A stretch of 7,598 bases of DNA from Amoebophrya sp. A120 (Eukaryota > Protista > Dinoflagellata), in the NCBI GenBank assembly GCA_905178155.1, contig CAJINV010000050.1:19335-26932 (forward strand), read 5' to 3'. Under the pieces are notes generated by a model that was given only the letters and a program-made list of their open reading frames with translations, did not search any database and was not told the DNA's origin. Below are positions 1-7,598 of this stretch, piece after piece. The stretch's first letter is position 1; every line of letters starts with the position of its first letter. The position numbers and the translations under genes were made by a program.

Positions 1-1356
1 AAAAGAAAAAGAAAGCCGGACCTGGCCAAGAAGAAAAGGCATTTGAAAAAGAAAACCGGACATGGCCAAGAGGGAAAGGCATTGGAAAAAGAAAAGAAAA
101 AGAAAACCGGACTTGGACAAGAGGAAAAGGCATTTGAAAAAGAAAAGAAAAAGAGAACCGGGCTAGGCATTTGAAAAAGAAAAGAAAAAGAAAACCGGAC
201 TTGGCCAAGAGGAGAAGGCATTCGAAAAAGAAAACCGGACTTGGCCAAGACGAAAAGGCGTTTGAAAAAGAAAGCCGGACTTGGCCAAGAGGGACAGGCA
301 TTTGAAAAAGAAAACCGGACTTGGCCAAGAGGAAAAGGCATTTGAAAAAGGAAGCCGGGCTTGGGCAAGAGGCAAACGCAAAGCCATCCGAAAAAGAGCG
401 CCGGACTTGGCCAAGAGGAAAAGGCATTTGAAAAAGAGAGCCGTACTCGGCGAAGAGGAGAAGGCATGTGAAAAAGAAAACCGGACTGGGCCAAGAGGAA
501 AAGGCATTTGAAAAAGAAAGCCGGACTTGGCCAAGAGGAGAAGGCATTTGAAAAAGAAGGCCGGACTTGGCCAAGAGGAGGAGGCATTTGAAAAAGACAG
601 CCGGACTTGGCCAAGAGGACAAGGCATTTGAAAAAGAAAACCGGACGTGGCCAAGAGGAAAAGGCATGCGAAAAAGAGCGCCGGACTTGGCCAAGAGAAA
701 AAGGCACTTGAAAAAGAAAGCCGGACTTGGCCAAGAGGAAAAGGCATTTGAAAAAGAAAGCCGGACTTGGGCAAGAGGAGAAGGCATCTGAAAAAGACAA
801 CCGGACTTGGCCAAGAGGAGAGGGCATCTGAAAAAGAGCGCCGGACTTGGGCAAGAGGAAAAGCCATCCGAAAAAGAAAGCCGGACTTGGCCAAGAGGAA
901 AAGGCATTGATTGGAAAAAGAAAGAGCACTCGGCTGAGAGGAAAAGACATTGGAAAAAGAAAGAGCACCCGGCTGGGCGGAAAAGACATCCGAAAAAGAA
1001 AAAGGACTGGGCCAATAGGCCACGACATTTGAAAAAGCGAAACGACTTGGCCAAAGGGAAAGACATTGACTTGATAAAGAAGAACGACTTGGCCAAGGGG
1101 GCAAGACATTGGAAAAAGAGAGAGGACCTGGCCAAGAGGCGAAGACATTTGAAAAAGGAAAAGGACTGGGCCAAGAGGCCAAAACATTTGAAAAAGAAAA
1201 ACGACTGGGCCGCAAGGGAAAAGCAGACATTGGAAAAAGAAGAAGGACGTGGCCAAGAGGGCGAGGCGTCTGAAAGAGAAAAAGAGGACTTGGCCAAGAG
1301 GGAGAGACGCGGGAAATAAGGAGACGACACTCGCAAGAGAGGCCGGACTTTGGCAA
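1..1356. repeat. 40-bp tandem satellite, consensus ~GGCATTTGAAAAAGAAAACCGGACTTGGCCAAGAGGAAAA, roughly 30+ copies, running off the 5' edge
   Basis: CCGGAC (or a 1-mismatch variant) recurs at 195, 235, 275, 315, 355, then 401, 441, 481 ... 881 (40-bp period). Units before ~190 carry extra GAAAA blocks. Units after ~920 are increasingly divergent. No unique spacers. Confidence 0.97.
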
Positions 1357-3220
1357 GGGCTAAGACTCTTGCCAGGGCGATGCTTGCTCAGGGCTAAAAG
1401 GCTACCTCCAAATATGGAGAGGCTGGGAGACAGAGGGGAGGGGATATTTTTTGTCCAGGGCACACGCTGCGGGGGGGCGGTAGCGGTCTGTTGCGTGCGG
1501 GGTTGTGGCGCGGTGGGGCGTGTTTTACGTGAATGCTCCGCCGCATACGATAGCACTGCCAGTCCAAAAAACTAGCTACAGGCTACATTAACTAGCAACG
1601 TGGCTACAGATCGAGCGAATTAATTAACCGACTGTAGGCACTACCTGGCCCGCCAGCGAAGCGCGCGATAAGCGTGCCTGGTTAATAGCGTTGGGCACGT
1701 AATGTATGCTGTCGGTTTACTGCCATCTGTGTGGCAAGCGCATTCGCAAAGCCATTCCAAAAAAAAGCTGGGCGCTGCCGTGCATAGGCGCGGCTTATTT
1801 TGAGTAGAAGCACTCGCACACACACTGTCGCGCTCTAGATTATATTATCGATGGCTGGGCTGTTATTTATTACCAAAGAAGCAGCTGACGCACAGCCACA
1901 GTCGTAAGGGTAAGCCAGGTCGAGTTGCAAACTCCATAGAAATTTCTGAGCTCGCCGCATAGATCCTTCCCGAAGCTAGTACTTTTCGACCGATTGATCC
2001 GCAAAAAAATTGAAACGTTAGACGCAATGTAGGAGGGGCATCCACGCTCGTATGTTTTTTGTTGTGCAGTTGTCCCTCGAAATCTCGCAGAAGAGCAAGC
2101 TCAAGGATCCACGTCAGCAATTCCTTTCACGCGAGCGTCTACCAAGTCTGTTGTCCAGTTGTAGTTGCTGTAGATGGCGGCTTGTAGCGTACGAACTTCA
2201 GGCATGCAGACTCTTAATAATTTGGCAGCTCAGTGCTGCGCTCTACCTGCACTGCAGGACTTGTTATTTTTTGAGCCTCTGGATAGTCGACGTTCTTGAT
2301 GCATCGAATTAATTCCACAGCGAGGAGCACGACAGTCCCGTGCGTTCTATTTTTTTCCTAGTCTTGCGCGCTTTATTTATTATCTTGATCAATGAATAAG
2401 AACTTGGATCTGCACTGCTGTTTTTTTTTTCAATTGCGCCCCAACTTGGGGTGCAACGTACGACGACGCAGTAGAAGTAAGTGCTTTGCTTTTTCACTTT
2501 GTGAAGCGACTGGCGCGTCCATGCATTCGTTCCGCTTTTAAAAATATGAAAATGGAGTCTATTACTATTGCGCGTTTTTTTAAAGTTTTACGCTTGTGAT
2601 TTTATGTTGAGTAGTCGATCAGGTCTATTTGTAAGTGTCGCGCATGAAGACGCCAGATTTGCATGCGGTTGGATCCTATGTATCTACTGGCTATCCATGC
2701 TGAGGACGAGCGAACGACTAGGCGCTTGGTCCTCCGCACAGCCAGGAGCCCGAGCTGGTGTGCAGGCGACAGAGCCAAGGGCGCCAGGAAATCTACTGCG
2801 TGCGGACGAAGATTGATCCGTACTGTCAGGAGTAAGCCGCGCGCCCGCAGAGAGCGCGCCTGTGGTGGCACCCAGTAGGTACTAGGAAACAAAAAAGCGG
2901 CCCATGGATCATCCACAAACTGGGGCAGCTGCCGCTCCTCGGCGTTGAGGTATCAATCGGGCGCGCATGCCGTTGCTGTGAGGAGCTGCCCATCTGACAG
3001 GAGCGCGCGGCTGCCACTCCGCTCTCCTTTTCGTTAGGCATCAAATTAGGGTGGAAAGTAGATAGCTCGGGCTTCTCGATTTTGTTTTCAGTCATGATTT
3101 TGTTGGCACTCATCTTCTGTATCGGCGGCTAGCCGCAGCGCCGCAGCCCACACAGCAAGCGCTGGCTTGTGCTCCATCTCCGCCAGCAAAGCCGAACAAA
3201 CGGTCGCAGTCCGCGTCCCC

Positions 3221-3347
3221 GACCGCCTGGGGGACCTGATCATGCGAAGTGTGGAGGCGAACATGGTGAAACCGCTTAGATGCGGAGGAGTCCGCAGTGG
3301 GTGGAGGCAAAGACTCCGGATTCCCTAGCGCACAGAGACGGCGTCCG
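3221..3347 (+). pseudogene. Frameshifted paralogous fragment of the downstream gene (matches ~6918-6980 + 7265-7375, without the intervening element)
   Basis: DRLGDLIMRSVEANMVKP here vs ERLGDLITRSVEANIVKP at ~6918-6973. Shared DNA blocks are GCGAAGTGTGGAGGCGAA, AGGAGTCCGCAG and CCCTAGCGCACAGAGACGG. The frame breaks after KP. Confidence 0.7.
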
Positions 3348-3448
3348 CCAACAACACCGAGGAATGCAGAACCGGCGTCCGTCAACAATCAAGACCCAGA
3401 AGCAAACGACGCTCGCCAAGTATTTCGACCGGGTTTGCATTTCCTCCC

Positions 3449-3502
3449 TATCGAATCAATGCAAGTATGTCTGGATCTGGAAGCGGAGTGCAACTTTTCA
3501 TC
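3449..3502 (+). mobile_element. Degenerate left end of a family-B element (orphan TIR)
   Basis: TATCGAATCAATGCAAGTATGTCTGGATCTGGAAGCGGAGTGCAACTTTTCAT aligns to the 4436 end TATCAAATGCAAAAATGTCTGGGTCTGGAAGAAGAATGCTACTTGTGAT. No matching right TIR was found. Confidence 0.65.
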
Positions 3503-3844
3503 GGGAGCAGCTCAGAGCAGGAGGAAATGCTGTCTGACACCGAGCCCGCACCCGACGAAAACTTCGTGGAACAGCAGCACGTCATGCACCGCGGGAAAAA
3601 TTACAATCAGCTACGAAAGTGAATTGGTTGTTGAAGTCGTGCCGGACTTCCTGCCGTCCCGCGCCCGAGTTTCAAATTTGTGATTTAGTCTTTTGCTGCA
3701 TATGCAAATCTATTCGGTCGAAGAACTACTTACAACATCGAAACACTTTGCCTGCTGCGCGGGGCTGGTGCTCTGCCTTCGCTTTCACTCGCTGCATGCC
3801 GCGTCGATATCTAATCCGGGTCTTTGCGCTAGTCGAGCGCAGAT

Positions 3845-4016
3845 TTGTGTCGACGACACTTCTCTGAAAGTGAAACTGAATCAAGTAAGTGCATAACATT
3901 TGTGGGCAGTTTCTATTTCATCTAGATCTATTTCTATGCTCATATCGCGGAGTCCATGACGACAACTCCGTCGTGCTGTTCGGGTAGCAGGGACAACAAC
4001 TATTTTCTCCACCATA
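3845..4016 (-). mobile_element. Degenerate, internally deleted family-A element in reverse orientation
   Basis: The minus strand starts TATGG at 4016, like the 4066 element. It contains TACCCGAACAGCACGACG...GACTCC (cf. TACCCAAACAGCATGACG...GACTCC at ~5070-5105) and AACTG...ATGTTATGCA (cf. ~4313-4334). The left boundary is uncertain. Confidence 0.5.
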
Positions 4017-4023
4017 CCCCCTG

Positions 4024-7000
4024 ATGAACGAAGAACCCAAGTCGGACTACGAGCAGCTCATTATGTATGGAGCTGCCAGGATCGAAATTGTCAAAAGCGA
4101 AAAAGTTGTGATGCATAAAATGCATGACGCGAAGTACGTGCGTTGCAGAGCAGGCAACTCGCCGATTGTAAGCCTGTTTGGGTTTATATTTCGAGCTGCT
4201 AAAGCAGCATGAGAGAGCCTGTCTTCTTTGCCTAAACAGCATTACAAATGCAAACTGGATTGAGGCTCTGCCAGCATTTGTGATGCGCCACTTAGAAACT
4301 TGGGTCGAACACGAACTGGAAAACATTTTATGCATGACAAATCATTTAGATTTTGTCAATTTCGATTCTGACACTTCCATATTGTGGACGTGCGGGACCA
4401 AATGGGGCTGAACATCACGGAAACGCTCGCGGACGTATCAAATGCAAAAATGTCTGGGTCTGGAAGAAGAATGCTACTTGTGATGCTGTATTTGGATTCC
4501 AAAAAAATCTGTATTGCATGAGCAGCAAAGGGAATGCATTTTTTGCTAGTACGCGGACAGGGCATTTGTCATGCGTGGTGCTAGGGCATGCATCACAGAC
4601 ATCACGGCTCATGCAAAACATGCATGACAAGTCTCAGAATCTTCTTCCAGACCCAGACATTTTTGCATTTGATAGGACGTGCTCCTAAGCAACGCCCGCG
4701 AGTGGATTGTGGACTACCAGAGCGCGGATCTGAGTCGGTCGTTTTATCCAGGAAAAAACACTCATCCACATCCAACTTGTCATGCAAAACATGCATAAGC
4801 TGCTGTGTTTGTCATGCAAAATATGGATGGGGATGGGTGTTTTTTCCTGGATACGTTTGTATCCAAGAGCATGGAACTGTACTTGCGGAACTTCGTTTCT
4901 GCAACTGTCAGGGTTGAAATCGTCAAAGTTGAAATAGTCTGGCATGCATAAAAATAAAATGCAACGCAGAAAATGCCTGTCTTGCAGAGTAAGCAAGGGA
5001 AGCAGCTTGTCACCCTGTTTCGGGGTAGAAATAGAGCTGCTAAAGGAGCATGACAAAAGGAGTCTTCCGTACCCAAACAGCATGACGAACTGGATCTCGA
5101 CTCCACTCAAATTTGTCATGCGCCGCTTAGAAATTGGGCTTCCAACTGGTATCGATTTTATGCATTACAAATTATTTGGTGATGGCTTCGGTCCGCCTGA
5201 CTCCGCGACCTGGTGGCCGGACCACGTGCGGTTCGGTGCCCTTACATGTTGTGTAGTGGTTTCGGTCGGTGTAGCATTACAAGTTATTTCAACTTTGTCT
5301 ATTTCAAATCTGACACATGCATATCGTTTTGAGAAGGCACTTGGTGGACCTGCACTTTCAGAAGCGAGGGGCCGTGGCCGCGGCTTCTTCAAGAAGTCTT
5401 TTGCCTGCGGTCTTGAGCGAGAAACAGGAACAGGGGGGAGTAGCTGCTCCCGGCGCAGCTCCTGTTCAACTAGTCGCACTCGAGACGGCTTCACAAGGTT
5501 CTCGACTGCAGCCGCCTGCGCCACCTGCAGGAGGTGCCACTGCAAATAATGCAGCCACCCCTTCTCCGGACCAGCCCTTCTTCACGCCACCGAAAAGCAG
5601 TGAACAGGAGGAAATCGAGAAGGAAGTGGATAATCTGCTCGGTGGAGGAAACAGCGCTAACGTGGCTAAGGAACAAAAAGACGCCCAGCAAGCGACCACA
5701 ACATCTCTCGTCTACCACCCCGATGTGCCAAAAAACTCCAGACTTGCGCTTGCTTTCCCTGTGGTTACCTCGAAAAAGAACGTGAGCAGGCACATCCTTC
5801 TATGCAATACATCAAATTTTCTTGTCACGTACAAAATCAAAACGCATCACAAACGTCGCCAACCTAGAACATAGAACTTGTCGCCACGCTAATGCTCATT
5901 GATTTTTATGGGAAGAAACTTTTTGTCAGGAAGATGCAGGTGAAAAAATGCATTCCTATACGTACGGGAAATTTCCTGTGGATACCCTGTCCTTCCCCCA
6001 GCGGATGACTTCGACGCGCCTTTCTGGGAGCCGAGGGTCGTGAAGACGGTGGACCGCATCCCGATCGCGCCCTACAGTCTGGAAAACATGAAGGGCAGCC
6101 GGTCGGTGGATATTGAGTTTCTGCCCGCGCCGAACTCCACCCGGTATGACAAAGTGGTGATCGCTTCTGGAGAGGATCGCCGGCTGCGGGAGCTGACCGT
6201 CCAGCCCAAATCCTCCGCCGCCATGATCAGCTCCAAGGACGCGCTGTCCCACACCCCGCAGGTGCACATGCACCTGTTCGGCAACCGGATCATCCGGTCG
6301 CTCAACATTTCCCGCACCGGCGCGCACTGCTACCGGGTCTACGCACCCAGGAACGTCGCGAACTCGGCGAAGCGATCCGTGGTGGCGCTCAGGGAACAGC
6401 GGATGGGGATCCAGCAGCAGCAGGGAGGTGATATGAGCCAGCAAATGCATCAGACGCATCATGATTTTTTCGACTATGACGAGCAGTTGCAGTTGAGCAA
6501 CCTATCCACAAAAAAAGACCTATCCCCATCCAATTTGTCATGCACAACATGCAGCGAGTTCCTTTTTGTCATGCAAAAGATACTTAAATGGATGGAGTAG
6601 ATGGTAAATTATCACGGAATACAACCCGAACGATTACTACGAGCTCGTGTGTCGAGGCGTCTCGGCCGAGGTCCGGAAGCTGTGCGTGTTGCAATCCTCG
6701 GCTTTGATCCGCAGCGGATTTGCAAGCGTCCCACTGTTATGCGAGATCACGAACAACAACTCCATCCACCAAATTCCCCAGAACCCAAGGAGTCCGCAAA
6801 TCAACCGGGATTACGTGGTGAAGGTGATTCAGCCAGAGGAGGAAATATCCTTACACCTGGACGCGTGCAGAGAAGGCACCGTGCGGCTCGCGCCGTTACT
6901 GGAAAAGTCGGGGCTGGTCGAGCGGCTGGGCGATTTGATCACGCGAAGTGTGGAGGCGAATATCGTGAAACCCCCTAGCTTATGGATTGCAAAAATGTCT

Positions 7001-7598
7001 GGGGCTGGAAGATGAATGCAGGAGTTTGTCATGCAGATTCTGCATGACCCATGAGGTCTGTGATGCATGCCCTAGCATCAGAGATTTTGCGAGGGCTTTC
7101 TGATGCTCATACCGCATGAGAAATGCCCTCTCCGTATAGCACAAAGCGCGCCCCCTCTTTTGCTGTTCATGCAATAGTACAGATTTTATGTTGGTTCCAA
7201 AATAAGTAGCGTCGCAGGTTGTATCCTTCCAGACCCAGACAACATATTTGCATTTGATATAGCTCGATGGACGATTTTTTGCGGGACTCGAAGGAGTCCG
7301 CAGCTGCGGGGGGCGAAGAGGGTGGTCAAGGAGGTTCTTCTGGTAGTTCCCCTAGCGCACAGAGACGGGTGTCCGGCTCCTCGACGAATTCTGCCGGTCG
7401 AGAACAAGAAGATGATGAGTACAACTATCACTATCAGTATCGGGAGCCCACGAATTTATCATCATCGTCATCATCTCACTCTGAGAGGCTAGTGCAGGAC
7501 GCGCTTCCTCGACGAGGTTAAGAAGATCTTCAGCTGGTCACCCAGAGTCCTCGTTTCGCGCATCCAGGAGTTCGCGAACCACCACTGGCAGAAGACCA
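4024..7598 (+). CDS. Interrupted gene, partial at both ends; probable VPS13-family (bridge-like lipid transfer) protein, region around the first VAB/SHR-binding repeat. Reconstructed segments: <=4024-4065, 4387-4435, 4680-4744, 4859-4897, 5329-5800, 5966(or 5990)-6502, 6627-6980, 7265-~7436, ~7498->7598
   Basis: Removing the elements plus one direct repeat gives MNEEPKSDYEQLI(M/V)DVRDQMGLNITETLADVLLSNAREWIVDYQSADLSRSFVSKSMELYLRNFVLRRHLVDL...QLSNPNDYYELVCRGVSAEVRKLCVLQSSALIRSG...IVKPPSSMDDFLRD..., stop-free to 7518. By eye, MGLNITETL, LYLRN, IRSLNISRTGAHCYRV and ELVC..RKLCVLQSSALIR...IQPEEEISLHL..GTVRLAP resemble VPS13 motifs in the expected order. The family call was not verified by a search. 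Confidence 0.7.
4066..4381. mobile_element. E1, family A, 316-bp TIR element / putative non-canonical intron
   Basis: Ends TATGGAGCTGCCAGGATCGAAATTGTCAAAA ... TTTTGTCAATTTCGATTCTGACACTTCCATA (imperfect inverted repeat). Direct repeat TTATG (4061-4065) / TTGTG (4382-4386). Homologous to 4898-5323. Confidence 0.88.
4436..4674. mobile_element. E2, family B, 239-bp TIR element / putative non-canonical intron
   Basis: Perfect 35-bp inverted repeat at 4436-4470 / 4640-4674. Direct repeat GGACG (4431-4435 / 4675-4679). Inverted homolog at 6981-7259. Confidence 0.95.
4745..4853. mobile_element. E3, family C, 109-bp TIR element / putative non-canonical intron
   Basis: TATCCAGGAAAAAACACTCATCCACATCCA ... 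TGGATGGGGATGGGTGTTTTTTCCTGGATA (~30-bp near-perfect inverted repeat). Direct repeat CGTTT (4740-4744 / 4854-4858). Homolog at 6503-6621. Confidence 0.94.
4898..5323. mobile_element. E4, family A, 426-bp TIR element with an internal insert / putative non-canonical intron
   Basis: Ends TCTGCAACTGTCAGGGTTGAAATCGTCAAAGTTGAAATA ... TATTTCAACTTTGTCTATTTCAAATCTGACACATGCATA. Direct repeat TCGTT (4893-4897 / 5324-5328). Colinear with E1. Confidence 0.9.
5801..5960. mobile_element. E5, degenerate TAT...ATA element / putative intron (right end at 5960 or 5984)
   Basis: AT-rich, stop-containing island between two same-frame coding blocks. Starts TATGCAATACAT. Ends ATGCATTCCTATA (5960) or GTGGATA (5984). 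Direct repeats match only 3/5 (CCTTC vs CGTAC or CCCTG). Both options (165 or 189 nt removed) keep the frame. Contains TTGTCA-type motif variants. Confidence 0.6.
6503..6621. mobile_element. E6, family C, 119-bp element / putative non-canonical intron
   Basis: TATCCACAAAAAAAGACCTATCCCCATCCAATTTGTCATGCA... is colinear with E3. Ends ...CACGGAATA. Direct repeat CAACC (6498-6502 / 6622-6626). Removal fuses ORF 6040 to ORF 6647 in frame. Confidence 0.9.
6981..7259. mobile_element. E7, family B, 279-bp TIR element, inverted relative to E2 / putative non-canonical intron
   Basis: Ends TATGGATTGCAAAAATGTCTGGGGCTGGAAG ... CTTCCAGACCCAGACAACATATTTGCATTTGATA. Direct repeat TAGCT (6976-6980 / 7260-7264). 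Removal fuses ORF 6647 to ORF 7267 in frame. Confidence 0.93.
7437..7497 (+). other. Possible short canonical GT-AG intron (alternative donor at 7419)
   Basis: Coding-like sequence switches frame to TRFLDEVKKIFSWSPRVLVSRIQEFANHHWQKT after TGCAG (7497). GT at 7437 or 7419 gives an in-frame join. A plain frameshift is an alternative explanation. Confidence 0.35.

Noticed and set aside
163-1356. 397-aa minus-strand ORF and several Lys/Arg-rich plus-strand ORFs
   Set aside because: These are by-products of the 40-bp satellite. The same three peptides cycle as the frame shifts with each unit.
1-1356. CRISPR array (palindromic repeat with regular period)
   Set aside because: Units are head-to-tail with no unique spacers, and no cas genes are present.
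1572-1628. Short GCTACA/ACTAGC repeats and the TTAATTAA palindrome; also checked for a dinoflagellate spliced-leader relic
   Set aside because: Too short to distinguish from chance, and there is no convincing match to the spliced-leader sequence.
1641-3113. Short ORFs in the intergenic stretch
   Set aside because: No recognisable domains, no consistent codon bias, and frequent homopolymer runs.
3885-3925. Canonical-looking GTAAGT...CTAG 41-nt intron
   Set aside because: It lies inside the reversed family-A remnant, and the spliced frame stops at 4022.
3681-3987. Stop-codon reassignment (isolated TGA at 3681 and TAG at 3985 in otherwise open frames)
   Set aside because: The ~600 reconstructed codons use no in-frame stops despite many Gln and Trp codons, and the TAG lies within an element remnant.
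4000-5119. Many short overlapping Cys/His/Met-rich ORFs on both strands, and any transposase
   Set aside because: They arise from the ATGCAT-rich element sequences. The elements are too short to be autonomous and show no DDE or recombinase motifs.
5779-5874. MSP-domain-like peptide RHILLCNTSNFLVTYKIKT
   Set aside because: Most of it lies inside element E5 and it hits a stop within a few codons, so it is most likely a chance resemblance.
5956-6978. ORFs 5956-6462 (-), 6072-6317 (-) and 6601-6978 (+)
   Set aside because: These are shadow frames of the GC3-rich exons of the reconstructed gene.

Overview
Eukaryotic-looking DNA in three parts. (1) 1-~1356 is a purine-rich 40-bp tandem satellite that decays toward its 3' end. 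(2) ~1360-3200 is mostly non-coding, followed by an out-of-order duplicated gene fragment (~3221-3347) and degenerate element remnants (~3449-4016). (3) From ~4024 to the window end lies a + strand gene that the ORF track breaks into pieces. It is interrupted by at least 6 (probably 7) non-coding elements of 109-426 bp, in three sequence families plus one singleton. They share TAT...ATA termini (one starts TCT), terminal inverted repeats (TIRs), a subterminal TTGT(C/G)ATGCA motif and a site-specific 5-bp direct repeat. Removing each element plus one direct repeat joins the ORF fragments into one stop-free frame of ~600 codons with VPS13-like (VAB/SHR-binding repeat) motifs. None of the six well-bounded junctions can be read as GT-AG or GC-AG. 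The best interpretation is transposon-derived non-canonical introns (introner-like, resembling those described in the syndinian dinoflagellate Amoebophrya). Programmed DNA excision or a pseudogene riddled with miniature transposons (MITEs) cannot be excluded from DNA alone.
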